Below, one piece after another: positions 27,684 to 36,195 of a DNA stretch of 60,247 nucleotides; within the stretch, counting starts at the first letter, position 1, and each line of letters opens with the position of its first letter. Origin of the DNA: Actinomycetes bacterium (lineage in GTDB: Bacteria > Actinomycetota > Acidimicrobiia > IMCC26256 > PALSA-610); the NCBI GenBank assembly GCA_025463875.1, contig JAODBI010000317.1, positions 1 to 60,247 of the forward strand, written 5' to 3'. The translations under genes and the position numbers were made by a program. The notes below the pieces were generated by a model. That model was not told where the DNA came from, ran no database searches, and saw nothing but the letters and a program-made list of their open reading frames with translations.

Positions 27684-28955
27684 ATGGCGTGGTCACCCCC
27701 GCCGCGCCCGCAGTGGGTCGCCGAGCTGAACGCGTTCGGCTCCCATCTCGGTTCGCCGGCCGCGATCGTGCCGCTGGACGAGGCCTCGTTGCTCGACGCG
27801 GCTCGCGCCGCAACGGGTCTCGATGATTTCGGCGACCGGGACTTCGGTGACGCGGATGGCGACAGCAGTGCGTGGCGCGAGCCGTTCGGGATCTTCGTGC
27901 GCGCGCTCGATCAAGAAGCCGACCTGCACCTGCTCGGCCGCATCATGGTGCGCAACGAGATCGTGCGGGCGCTCGTCAACCGACTCGAGGTCCGCGCCAC
28001 ACTCGACCGTCATCCGGAGATACTCGACGAGCGCATCGATTCGCCCGTCCTCGTCGTCGGGACCGGCCGTTCGGGCACATCGATCCTGCACGAGCTCCTC
28101 GCGCAGGACCCGGCGCACCGCGTCGCGCGCACGTGGGAGTTGCTGCACCCGTGCCCACCCCCGGAGCGCTCGACGTACGAGACCGACCCGCGTATCGCCG
28201 CCGCCGATCAGGAGTACACGTTCTGGCACCTCGTCGCGCCCGAGTACCGGACGATGCACGAGAACGGCGGCAACGTTCCCAACGAAGATCCGCTGATCGA
28301 TCAGCTCGAGTTCGCGTCGGATCACTTCATGGGCTCGTATCCGGTTCCGAGCTACAGCCGCTGGCTCGCGCGCGCCGACCTCCGGCACGTGTTCCGCGCG
28401 CACCGGCGCTTCCTGCAGCTCCTCCAATGGCGTTGTCCGGGCGACCGCTGGATCCTCAAGTCGCCGTCCTACCTCGCGAAGTTGCCGCGGTTCCTTGCGG
28501 AGTATCCCGACGCGTACGTCGTGCTGACGCATCGCGATCCACTGAAAGTCCTGCCGTCGCTCGTGAGCATCATGGCGACGTTGCGCTGGATGCACTGCGA
28601 CTCCGTCGACGTGGACGCGGTCGTGAAGAGCGCGGTGGGCGGGACGGCGGTCGCCATGGATCTCGTGATGCAATGGCGCGCCGACGGCACGCTTCCCGAG
28701 GACCGGATCGTCGACGTGCGATTCGCCGATCTCGTCGGCGATCCGTGGCGCACGATGCGCGCGGTCTGCGAACGGATCGGTACGCCCTTCACCGACGAGG
28801 CGGAGCGCCGCATGCGCGCGTACCTCGAAGCGTCGCCACGCGAACGTCATGGCCGCCACGACTACGAGTTCGCCGACACCGGTCTCGATCTCGACGCGAC
28901 GCGGGCCCGCTTCGCGGCGTACCAGGCCCGCTACGACATCGTGTCCGAGGTGTAG
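27684..28955 (+). CDS. sulfotransferase family protein
   Basis: The PAPS 5'-phosphosulfate-binding-loop-like motif VLVVGTGRSGTSILHELL is present. Length and the later RDP...S region are typical of bacterial sulfotransferases. Confidence 0.8.
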   Translation: MAWSPPPRPQWVAELNAFGSHLGSPAAIVPLDEASLLDAARAATGLDDFGDRDFGDADGDSSAWREPFGIFVRALDQEADLHLLGRIMVRNEIVRALVNRLEVRATLDRHPEILDERIDSPVLVVGTGRSGTSILHELLAQDPAHRVARTWELLHPCPPPERSTYETDPRIAAADQEYTFWHLVAPEYRTMHENGGNVPNEDPLIDQLEFASDHFMGSYPVPSYSRWLARADLRHVFRAHRRFLQLLQWRCPGDRWILKSPSYLAKLPRFLAEYPDAYVVLTHRDPLKVLPSLVSIMATLRWMHCDSVDVDAVVKSAVGGTAVAMDLVMQWRADGTLPEDRIVDVRFADLVGDPWRTMRAVCERIGTPFTDEAERRMRAYLEASPRERHGRHDYEFADTGLDLDATRARFAAYQARYDIVSEV

Positions 28956-28977
28956 AGGTTCTCGGGCCGAGGCGGAA

Positions 28978-30054
28978 CTATGACGCGTGGGCGTCGGTGG
29001 CGGAGCCGCTCCAGAAGTCGTCGATGCCGAGCAGACCGCGGTACCGGCTGGCCTCGGTGACCGCGACCCACTTGCTGTGCCGTTCGAGCATCAGCGCGAG
29101 CGCATCTTGCAACGGGCGGTCGTGCGCGACGGTCGGCACCCTTACCGGCGCCTCGGCACCGCGCGTCAACACTGCGATTCCACCGCCGTTCGGCGCGGCG
29201 CCCGGTCCGTCGATGACCACGAGGGGATTCGTCTCCAATGCGGCGCGCGCTGCGCTCATATCGCTGACGGTCGGCGGGGTGTGCAGCGCGGCGAGGTCGA
29301 TGTGCGTGATGCGGAGCCGCTTGAGCGCGCGGTCGCGCCCCACGAAGTCGGCCACGAAGTCGTTCGCCGGCGCGGCCAGCAGCCGATCGGGCGGGTCGTA
29401 TTGTGCGAGGTGGCCGCCGACCCGCAGGATCGCGATGTGGTCGCCCATCTTCACGGCTTCGTCGATGTCGTGCGTCACGAACACGATCGTCTTGCGCAAC
29501 GTCTGCTGCAGGCGCAGGAACTCGTCCTGTAACTGCGTGCGCGTGATCGGGTCGATCGCGCCGAAGGGCTCGTCCATGAGCATGATCGGTGGGTCGGCGG
29601 CGAGCGCGCGGGCGACGCCGACGCGTTGGCGCTGACCGCCGGAGAGCTCCGCGGGATACCGCTTCGCGTACTCGCCTGTCGGGAGTCCGACCAATGTGAG
29701 CAACTCGTCGACGCGTGCGTTGACGCGGGCGCGGTCCCATCCGAGGAGACGAGGGACGGTCGCGATGTTCGCGGCGACGGTCTGATGGGGGAACAGACCG
29801 ACCTGTTGGATCACGTAGCCGATCCGCCGGCGAAGCTCGACCGGGTCGACGCGCAGGATGTCCTCGTCGTCGACGAGGATCTTGCCCGACGTCGGCTCGA
29901 TGAGACGGTTGATCATGCGCAGGATCGTCGTCTTGCCGCATCCGGACGGGCCGACGAGCACACACACTTCTCCGCTCGGCACTTCGAAGCTGAGATCGTC
30001 GACCGCGACCGGTCCGCCGGGATACTCCTTCCGCACGGACTCGAGACGGATCAC
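28978..30054 (-). CDS. glycine betaine/osmoprotectant-type ABC transporter ATP-binding protein with C-terminal CBS-like region
   Basis: Walker A is GPSGCGKTT, the signature is LSGGQRQRVGVARAL and Walker B is MLMDEPFGAID. It starts at GTG and is divergent from the permease genes. Confidence 0.9.
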   Translation of the reverse strand: MIRLESVRKEYPGGPVAVDDLSFEVPSGEVCVLVGPSGCGKTTILRMINRLIEPTSGKILVDDEDILRVDPVELRRRIGYVIQQVGLFPHQTVAANIATVPRLLGWDRARVNARVDELLTLVGLPTGEYAKRYPAELSGGQRQRVGVARALAADPPIMLMDEPFGAIDPITRTQLQDEFLRLQQTLRKTIVFVTHDIDEAVKMGDHIAILRVGGHLAQYDPPDRLLAAPANDFVADFVGRDRALKRLRITHIDLAALHTPPTVSDMSAARAALETNPLVVIDGPGAAPNGGGIAVLTRGAEAPVRVPTVAHDRPLQDALALMLERHSKWVAVTEASRYRGLLGIDDFWSGSATDAHAS

Positions 30055-30119
30055 TGAACTCCGACGTTACTATCGGGCTCTTGCACCTGGCCGTGCTCGC
30101 GCACATGGCGCTCGGGACC

Positions 30120-30194
30120 AACACCGTTCTCGGCAACGCCGTCCTGAGAAACGCCGTCCTCGGAAACGCCGTCCTCGGAAACGACGCGCACTCG
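30120..30194. repeat. 5 x 15-bp tandem repeat (consensus aacgccgtcctcgga) in the divergent opu promoter region
   Basis: Units are aacaccgttctcggc, aacgccgtcctgaga, aacgccgtcctcgga, aacgccgtcctcgga and aacgacgcgcactcg. Together they occupy about half of the 143-bp intergenic region. Confidence 0.9.
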
Positions 30195-30197
30195 TGG

Positions 30198-30857
30198 GTG
30201 TGGTGGGCCTGGATCCCCAAACACCAGCACGAGATCTACGCGTACCTGCGCGAACACATATCGCTCACCGTCTTGTCGGTCGGGTTCGGCTTCGCTATCG
30301 CGCTTCCGCTCGCGGTGCTGGCGGCCCGGCGCCGCGCGGTGGCGGCGGTGGTCGTGCCCACGGTCAACGTGATCTACACGATCCCGTCGGTTGCGTTGCT
30401 CGGTCTGCTCTTGCCGACAACCGGGCCGGGCCGCGATCCCGCCGTGATCGCATTGACGTTGTACACCCTTGCCATCCTCGTCCGGAACATTCTCGAGGGT
30501 CTGCGGGGAGTGCCCGCCGACGTTCTCGACGCGGCCGACGGCATGGGCTACACGCGGCGGCGACGGCTCCTGCGCGTCGAGCTTCCGATGGCACTGCCCG
30601 CGATCGTCGCCGGTATCCGCCTCGCCACGGTCTCGACGATCGGGCTCGTGACGGTGACGTTCATCGTCGATCAGGGTGGTCTCGGTCGCTTCATCCAGGA
30701 CGGCTACCAGCGCGACTTCCACACTCCACTCGTCGTCGGCATCGTGCTCTCGGTCGCGCTCGCGGTCCTCGCCGACGTCCTCCTCGTCCGGCTCGAACGC
30801 GTGGTGACCCCGTGGCGCGCGACGACGCGCCGCGCGAACGCGCGGCGGAAGCGGTAG
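30198..30857 (+). CDS. osmoprotectant ABC transporter permease (OpuCB-like)
   Basis: The GTG at 30198 (VWWAWIPKHQHEIYAYLREHISL...) is preferred. Track start 30081 would translate the tandem repeat as NAVLRNAVLGNAVLGN. It has BPD-transporter-type TM segments. Confidence 0.8.
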   Translation: MWWAWIPKHQHEIYAYLREHISLTVLSVGFGFAIALPLAVLAARRRAVAAVVVPTVNVIYTIPSVALLGLLLPTTGPGRDPAVIALTLYTLAILVRNILEGLRGVPADVLDAADGMGYTRRRRLLRVELPMALPAIVAGIRLATVSTIGLVTVTFIVDQGGLGRFIQDGYQRDFHTPLVVGIVLSVALAVLADVLLVRLERVVTPWRATTRRANARRKR

Positions 30858-30863
30858 GCGGCG

Positions 30864-31589
30864 ATGCATCTCAGCTTCCTCGTCGACGTGTGGCACTGGC
30901 TCACTTCCGGTGACCAGTGGCACGGGGGAGACGGCATTCCGCATCTGCTCGCGAATCACGTGCGCGTGTCGATCTCGTCGCTGCTCGTCGCGACCTTGAT
31001 CTCGGTTCCGTTGGGTGCGTGGCTCGGGCACCGGCGGGTCGGCGGAGTGGTCGCGATCAACATCGCCAATATCGGCCGTGCGATACCCATCTACGCGATG
31101 CTCGTGCTGGCCGTGCAGATCTTCGGGATCACGAGCCCTCCCGGTTTCGGTTGGACCGGATCGTTCGTCGCGTTCGTACCGCTGGTGCTTCTCGGTATCC
31201 CGCCGATGCTCACCAACAGCTACATCGGAGTCGTCGAAGTCGGCGACGAACTGGTGGACGCGGCGCGTGGCATGGGTCTGTCGGAACGTGAGATTCTCGG
31301 GCGCGTCGAGGTCCCGGTTGCTCTTCCGCTGATCATGGCCGGCATCCGGACCGCGATGGTCGGGATCGTCGCGACTGCAACCTTGGCGTCGTTCACCGGC
31401 GTCGACACGCTCGCTACGCCCATCTTCATCGGGCTGAGGACCGACGACAACGTCGCCGTCTTCGGCGGCGCCGTGCTGGTCGGCCTGCTCGCGATCGCGG
31501 CTGATCTCGCGCTTGCCGCACTGCAGCGATCGATCGTTTCACCGGGGTTGCGCGCGCGGCCCGGCCGTCGCAAACGGGTCGCCGCTTAG
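30864..31589 (+). CDS. osmoprotectant ABC transporter permease (OpuCD-like)
   Basis: 241 aa and polytopic, a paralogue of the preceding permease. It follows after a 6-nt gap. Confidence 0.85.
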   Translation: MHLSFLVDVWHWLTSGDQWHGGDGIPHLLANHVRVSISSLLVATLISVPLGAWLGHRRVGGVVAINIANIGRAIPIYAMLVLAVQIFGITSPPGFGWTGSFVAFVPLVLLGIPPMLTNSYIGVVEVGDELVDAARGMGLSEREILGRVEVPVALPLIMAGIRTAMVGIVATATLASFTGVDTLATPIFIGLRTDDNVAVFGGAVLVGLLAIAADLALAALQRSIVSPGLRARPGRRKRVAA

Positions 31590-31658
31590 GCGTTCCTCCC
31601 GCCTAGGGTGCGTCGAAAGATGCACTCAATTCGAAGGCCCCAATTGAAGGAGAATTCC

Positions 31659-32594
31659 ATGCGCCGGAACCCCCGACCGCGATTCACCGGGCTGGCGCTG
31701 GGCGCCATGCTCGTTGCACTGACGATCGTGCTCGCTGCGTGTGGCAGCAGCAGCAAGCCCAGCTCTACCAGCAGCACGACCGGCTCGACCGCGAAGACGA
31801 AGATCGTCGTCGGTCAGAAGGACTTCGCCGGCGCGGTCTTGCTCTCGCAGCTCTACGGACAGGCGCTCGCGGCAAAGAACTTCGACGTGACCTACAAGAA
31901 CCTGGGTCCGACCGAGGTGACCTACAAGGCGTTGAAGGACGGCAGCATCGACCTCTACGGCGAGTACCAGGGCACGTTGCTCACGTATCTGGGCGGTACT
32001 CCGTCGGGTGACGCCGCGAAGGTGAACGCCGACGTCCAGGCCAAGGTCGCCGCCGACAAGGTCAAGGCGTCGTCCGCGTCGAAGGCGCTCGACGTCAATG
32101 GCTTCTACGTCACGAAGGACACCGCGACGAAGTACCACCTCTCGAAGTTGTCCGACCTCACCGCGGTGGCGCCGCAGCTCACGTTCGGTGGTCCGCCCGA
32201 GTGTGAGACGCGTCCGCTGTGCCTCGGTAGCACCGAGAAGACGCTCTACAACCTGAAGTTCAAGACCGTGAAGAAGCTCGATGCCGGCGGACCGATCACC
32301 AACAAGGCGTTGAAGGAAGGCAGCATCGACGTCGGGCTGCTCTTCACCGGTAGCAGTGTCATCGACCCCAGCTTCCAGTTGCTGACCGACGACAAAGGAC
32401 TGCAACCGGCCGACGACGCGATCGCCGTCTGGCGCACCGCGGTCGACAGCCCTGCGCTCGACGCCGTGATCGACGCGGTGAACGCGAAGCTCGACACCCC
32501 GGCCTACAACAAGATGGCGTTGCAGATCTTCAACGACAAGGCCGATCCGTCCGACGTGGCCAAGACCTGGCTGTCGGACAACGGACTCACCTGA
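31659..32594 (+). CDS. glycine betaine/osmoprotectant substrate-binding lipoprotein (OpuAC family)
   Basis: An RBS gaaggag precedes the ATG at 31659. It has a signal peptide with lipobox LAACG, and sequence such as GQKDFAGAVLLSQLYGQAL...LYGEYQGT is typical of this family. Confidence 0.85.
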   Translation: MRRNPRPRFTGLALGAMLVALTIVLAACGSSSKPSSTSSTTGSTAKTKIVVGQKDFAGAVLLSQLYGQALAAKNFDVTYKNLGPTEVTYKALKDGSIDLYGEYQGTLLTYLGGTPSGDAAKVNADVQAKVAADKVKASSASKALDVNGFYVTKDTATKYHLSKLSDLTAVAPQLTFGGPPECETRPLCLGSTEKTLYNLKFKTVKKLDAGGPITNKALKEGSIDVGLLFTGSSVIDPSFQLLTDDKGLQPADDAIAVWRTAVDSPALDAVIDAVNAKLDTPAYNKMALQIFNDKADPSDVAKTWLSDNGLT

Positions 32595-32619
32595 TCGCGA
32601 ACGTCTGAATACGTGACGC

Positions 32620-32646
32620 GGGCGCCGGTTCGAGGGACCGGCGCCC
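32620..32646. terminator. bidirectional terminator-like hairpin between convergent genes
   Basis: gggcgccggt-tcgaggg-accggcgccc, a perfect 10-bp GC-rich stem with a 7-nt loop. It lies between the stops at 32594 (+) and 32657 (-). Confidence 0.6.
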
Positions 32647-32656
32647 CGTTCGCGTC

Positions 32657-33034
32657 TCAGAGCCAGGTGATCTCGGTGACCTCGCCGCCGCGAATGGTCA
32701 CGGGCACCGACGGCAACGCGCCGACGGCCGGGATCACGTAGTCGCCCTCCGGAACCACCGGATAGACCGCGGCGTGCACGGAACCTCCGGGCAGCTCGCG
32801 CTCTCGCACGGCGGTGTGCATCGCGGGCCGCTCTTCTCCGGCGCGGAAGATGTCGATTTCCCGGCCCGCGAGCTCGCGCGGCGTGTGCAACACGAGCGCG
32901 CCGATGTGGCCGCCGATGTCGAGCACCACCGTGGCTTCCCCGCTCGGGTCGAGCGTGTGCGAGTGATCCTGGGGCCCGTGATCGTGGTGCTCGTGATCGT
33001 GGTGCTCGTGATCAGGGGCGGTCGCGGGACTCAC
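32657..33034 (-). CDS. small His-rich protein (N-terminal DHEHHDHEHHDHGPQDHSH)
   Basis: The GTG start overlaps the DUF4331 stop (GTGA). The product of 125 aa reads VSPATAPDHEHHDHEHHDHGPQDHSHTLDPSGEATVVLDIGGHIGALVLH.... The 481-aa track ORF is an artefactual upstream extension of this frame. Confidence 0.6.
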   Translation of the reverse strand: MSPATAPDHEHHDHEHHDHGPQDHSHTLDPSGEATVVLDIGGHIGALVLHTPRELAGREIDIFRAGEERPAMHTAVRERELPGGSVHAAVYPVVPEGDYVIPAVGALPSVPVTIRGGEVTEITWL

Positions 33035-34566
33035 GTGCTCGCGTCGGCCAGCGCCGGGATGTTGTAGCCGCTGTGCGGCGTACCGAGGTACGGGAACGAG
33101 GGCAGAAACTTCACCGTGCCCTCGGCCGTCTGGTCGATCGGATCGGTCGTCACTCCGTCGGTCACCATGGTGGCCGCGCCGTCGGGCGTGAACGTCGGAT
33201 CGACCAGTCCGTAGGTCGCGCCGGCCAGCGCGCGCAGCTCGATCGTGAAGACGTCGTCGAACACACGGCGCCCGTTCGGGAAGCCGGCCGCGTCGCCGCC
33301 GATCAGCCCGATGTTGCTGGGCTTGGTCGTCGTCGGCGGGATGGCCATGTTCAGGCGGAGCAGGTCGGCGAGCGTCGACCCGCCCGAGTTCTGGAACCCG
33401 CCCGGAACCACACCGGTCGGGATGCCCGTCAACAGGATGGCGACGAGGTCGGCGCGCGCCTTGCCCGACGCGTTCAACGCGGCGAGCTTCGGGAACACGC
33501 CGGGGTACAGGATCGGGAGCAGGTTGGACAACTCCGGATGCTGCACCCCGGCCGCGAACTGCGTGTCCTTCGACGGCGGCTGTGTGTTCCAGTAGTCCTT
33601 GTTCTCCATCGGAACCAGAACTTCGTTGAAGAGTGGGTTGCCGAGCCGCGAGACCTGCGAGAAGGGCCCGACGCCCTTGCCATGGTCGTCGTCGCCGTCG
33701 TGGTTGTGCCGGCGCCCGAAGAAACCGACGTGCCGGCGCGACGCGGTCGTCCACACGCCGATCACCGACGACGCCTTCGACGGATCGGTCGGTGTCGCGC
33801 CCTTCGCGGTGAGCTGGTTCTTCGGGAGTTGCATTGCGATGCTGTGCACGTTGACGGCCTTGGTGGCGTTCACGCCGGGTGCCGGCTGGGTGAGCTCCGG
33901 GATGCTGAGGCCGAATTGGTTGTGCAGTTGCTGGAACGGTCGCAGGTCGCCGAGGTCGAAGACGGCCCCGAGATCGATGTAGAAGCCCTCTGCACGCTGA
34001 CCCGCGAACACTGTTCCGCCGCCGTCGAGGTGCGCGATCGCGGCGTTGGCGAGCGACACGTAGTCGGGCGTCGACAGTGGACCGATGTTGCAGGGCGGGC
34101 ACGACACGTGCGAGGCGAGCCGCGTCACCTTGGGACGGAACCCGAACCCGAAGCCGTCGTCGTCGCGGTGACGTTGACCCTCGCCGTCGTCGAAGCCGCG
34201 GCCGCGTGTGTTCCAGTCGATGCGCGTTACGTCATAGAACTGCCGGCGATTCCACGTCTTCGCATCGAGCGAGGTGATCGGCCCGACGTTGTAGAGAAAG
34301 GTCTTGCCGACCTGCAACACGGTCGAGAAGTCGAACTGGAAGGTGATGTCGGCCTTGCCGTCGCCGTTGTTGTCGATGTGGATCTCGTACAACACGTCGT
34401 CACCGAACTCGTAGAAGTTCGGCCCGGCCGCGGGACCCTGCAACGGCAGATAGTTCGCGATCAGTGTGACGGTGTCGGGACGATCCGGGCTCACGAACGC
34501 GTAGAGATCCGTACTGTCGGCGACGGGATCCTTGGAGATCTCGGGCGCTTCACGATGCGACGACAT
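33031..34566 (-). CDS. DUF4331 domain protein
   Basis: The N-terminus MSSHREAPEISKDPVADSTDLYAFVSPDRPDTVTLIANYLPLQGPAAGPNFYEF...YEIHIDNNGDG is the characteristic DUF4331 signature. Confidence 0.85.
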   Translation of the reverse strand: MSSHREAPEISKDPVADSTDLYAFVSPDRPDTVTLIANYLPLQGPAAGPNFYEFGDDVLYEIHIDNNGDGKADITFQFDFSTVLQVGKTFLYNVGPITSLDAKTWNRRQFYDVTRIDWNTRGRGFDDGEGQRHRDDDGFGFGFRPKVTRLASHVSCPPCNIGPLSTPDYVSLANAAIAHLDGGGTVFAGQRAEGFYIDLGAVFDLGDLRPFQQLHNQFGLSIPELTQPAPGVNATKAVNVHSIAMQLPKNQLTAKGATPTDPSKASSVIGVWTTASRRHVGFFGRRHNHDGDDDHGKGVGPFSQVSRLGNPLFNEVLVPMENKDYWNTQPPSKDTQFAAGVQHPELSNLLPILYPGVFPKLAALNASGKARADLVAILLTGIPTGVVPGGFQNSGGSTLADLLRLNMAIPPTTTKPSNIGLIGGDAAGFPNGRRVFDDVFTIELRALAGATYGLVDPTFTPDGAATMVTDGVTTDPIDQTAEGTVKFLPSFPYLGTPHSGYNIPALADAST

Positions 34567-34607
34567 TCCTCACCTCTTCCCAGGTCGAGTGTGTGCGTAG
34601 GCGCGGA

Positions 34608-34880
34608 TCAGCGCGACGCTCTGTAGAGCAGCGCCGCGAGGCGCCTGTCCTTCACGGTGATCTCACGATCGCCCGCGTAGATGGCGACCTCACCGGTTTG
34701 CACGTCGCGCAGGTGCGCGACGACGTGTTCCTTCACGCGCGCACTTGCCGGAACCGACGGTGGCTTCTCGTCGGCGCCCGCGACCTCCGCGAACGAGAGC
34801 GGTGCGGCCGCCGCCGCGCCCGCCACTGCCGCCGCCACGGATGCGTGCTTCAGGAAGTCGCGCCGATTCGTCGGTTCCAC
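34608..34880 (-). CDS. small protein with twin-arginine (Tat) signal
   Basis: MEPTNRRDFLKHASVAAAVAGAAAAAP... has the RRxFLK Tat motif and a hydrophobic region. It is the first gene of the minus-strand operon. Confidence 0.55.
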   Translation of the reverse strand: MEPTNRRDFLKHASVAAAVAGAAAAAPLSFAEVAGADEKPPSVPASARVKEHVVAHLRDVQTGEVAIYAGDREITVKDRRLAALLYRASR

Positions 34881-34964
34881 GATTGGACCCTCCTAGATCG
34901 TCGATCGACCGGGCCGGTTGCTCGACATTCGACACGACCGTCCGGGTTGGATGACGCGAACGAG

Positions 34965-34977
34965 TGAACAACGTTCA
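34965..34977. promoter_or_regulatory. TGAAC-AAC-GTTCA palindrome, candidate Fur-family operator in the divergent promoter region
   Basis: A perfect 5-3-5 inverted repeat in the 220-bp region between the Tat/DUF4331 operon and cbiM. A Fur-family regulator is encoded at the end of the cbi operon. Confidence 0.3.
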
Positions 34978-35100
34978 ACGGCTCGCTGACTCATTGAAGA
35001 ACACGGACGCGACGAAATCCAGCGATCCGCTCAGATACGAACACCTCGCATCTGCGAACACGCGGCAACTTGTTTGGGCAACGGGTAGGGGGGCGAGAGG

Positions 35101-36195
35101 GTGCACATTCCGGACGGGTATCTGAGCCCGAGCACATGCGCCGTCGCCGCGGGCGCAATGACACCGGTGTGGTTCACGGCGGGACGACGCCTGCGCAAGG
35201 TCGTCACCCATCGATATGCCCCGCTTGTCGCACTCGCAGCCGCGTACTGCTTCTGCGTGATGATGTTCAACGTCCCGATTCCGGACGGCACAACTGCGCA
35301 CGCGATCGGCGGAGTGCTGATTGCCGTATTGCTCGGACCGTGGGCCGCGGTCGTGGCGGTCTCGGTCGCGCTCGCGATCCAAGCCCTCTTCTTCGGTGAC
35401 GGCGGTGTTCTCGCCTTTGGGGCCAATGCGCTGAACATGGCATTCGTCATGCCGTTCGTCGGCTACGGCGTGTACGTCTCGCTCGCCGGACGCGCTCCGC
35501 TGCAGTCACGACGAAGGGCCGTCGCGGCTGGAGCCGGGGCGTACGTCGGCCTCAATGCGGCCGCGCTCTTTGCGGCAGTAGAGCTCGGGTTACAGCCGGC
35601 GCTGTTCCACACCGCCAACGGCACGCCGCTGTACGCACCGTTCCGTCTGTCGCAGACGATCCCGGCGCTGGCGCTGGCCCATCTCACCGTCGCGGGGGCG
35701 GTGGAGTGTGCGTTGACGATCGGTGTCGTCACCTATCTGCAGCGCGCCAATGTCCCGCTCCTGCGTCTCAATCACCGCGACGTTCCCCTCGACGATGCCG
35801 AAGCCCACGATCGCCGACTTTCGGAGAACGCGCGGCGACGGGGCCGGGGCCGCGTCGCGCTGCTCGTCTTCGGGATCGGCGCCCTGCTCACGCCGATCGG
35901 ACTGCTGGCGCAGGGCAACGCGTTCGGCGAGGACGCACCGGCCGACCTCGACTTGCACAGGTATCACCTGCAGTCGGTACCGAACGGGTTGGCCCACTAC
36001 GCCGGCTTCTGGCATCACGCACTCTTGGCCGGATACGGCTTCGGGCACGACGCCCACCCGATCTTCGGCTATGTCGTGTCGGCGATCGTCGGGATGGCCG
36101 CCATCGCGGCTGTGGCGTTCCTCCTCGTCGCGCTCCTCGGTCGCGCGCGATCGCGATACGGCCCGCGCTCGGGCGCGCGATCGGTACCGCGATGA
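35101..36195 (+). CDS. cbiM: ECF transporter substrate-capture component CbiM/NikM fused to a CbiN/PDGLE-like C-terminal domain
   Basis: The GTG start gives MHIPDGYLSP, the N-terminal metal-ligand motif of CbiM/NikM. It is polytopic, with a C-terminal extension containing SVPNGLAHYAGFW and a final TM segment. Confidence 0.9.
   Translation: MHIPDGYLSPSTCAVAAGAMTPVWFTAGRRLRKVVTHRYAPLVALAAAYCFCVMMFNVPIPDGTTAHAIGGVLIAVLLGPWAAVVAVSVALAIQALFFGDGGVLAFGANALNMAFVMPFVGYGVYVSLAGRAPLQSRRRAVAAGAGAYVGLNAAALFAAVELGLQPALFHTANGTPLYAPFRLSQTIPALALAHLTVAGAVECALTIGVVTYLQRANVPLLRLNHRDVPLDDAEAHDRRLSENARRRGRGRVALLVFGIGALLTPIGLLAQGNAFGEDAPADLDLHRYHLQSVPNGLAHYAGFWHHALLAGYGFGHDAHPIFGYVVSAIVGMAAIAAVAFLLVALLGRARSRYGPRSGARSVPR

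Noticed and set aside
30081-30197. TTG start at 30081, giving an N-terminal NAVLRNAVLGNAVLGN repeat on the permease.
   Set aside because: It is encoded by the intergenic 15-bp tandem array. Homologous permeases begin close to the first TM helix, consistent with the GTG at 30198.
32657-34102. 481-aa ORF on the minus strand.
   Set aside because: Only its last ~125 codons (the His-rich protein) look coding. The upstream part is an Arg/Pro-rich alternative frame of the DUF4331 gene.
35706-36191. Upstream 162 codons of track ORF 35706-37100 as part of cbiQ.
   Set aside because: This part overlaps cbiM in another frame with Arg/Pro-rich sequence. The ATG at 36192, overlapping the cbiM stop, gives a normal CbiQ.
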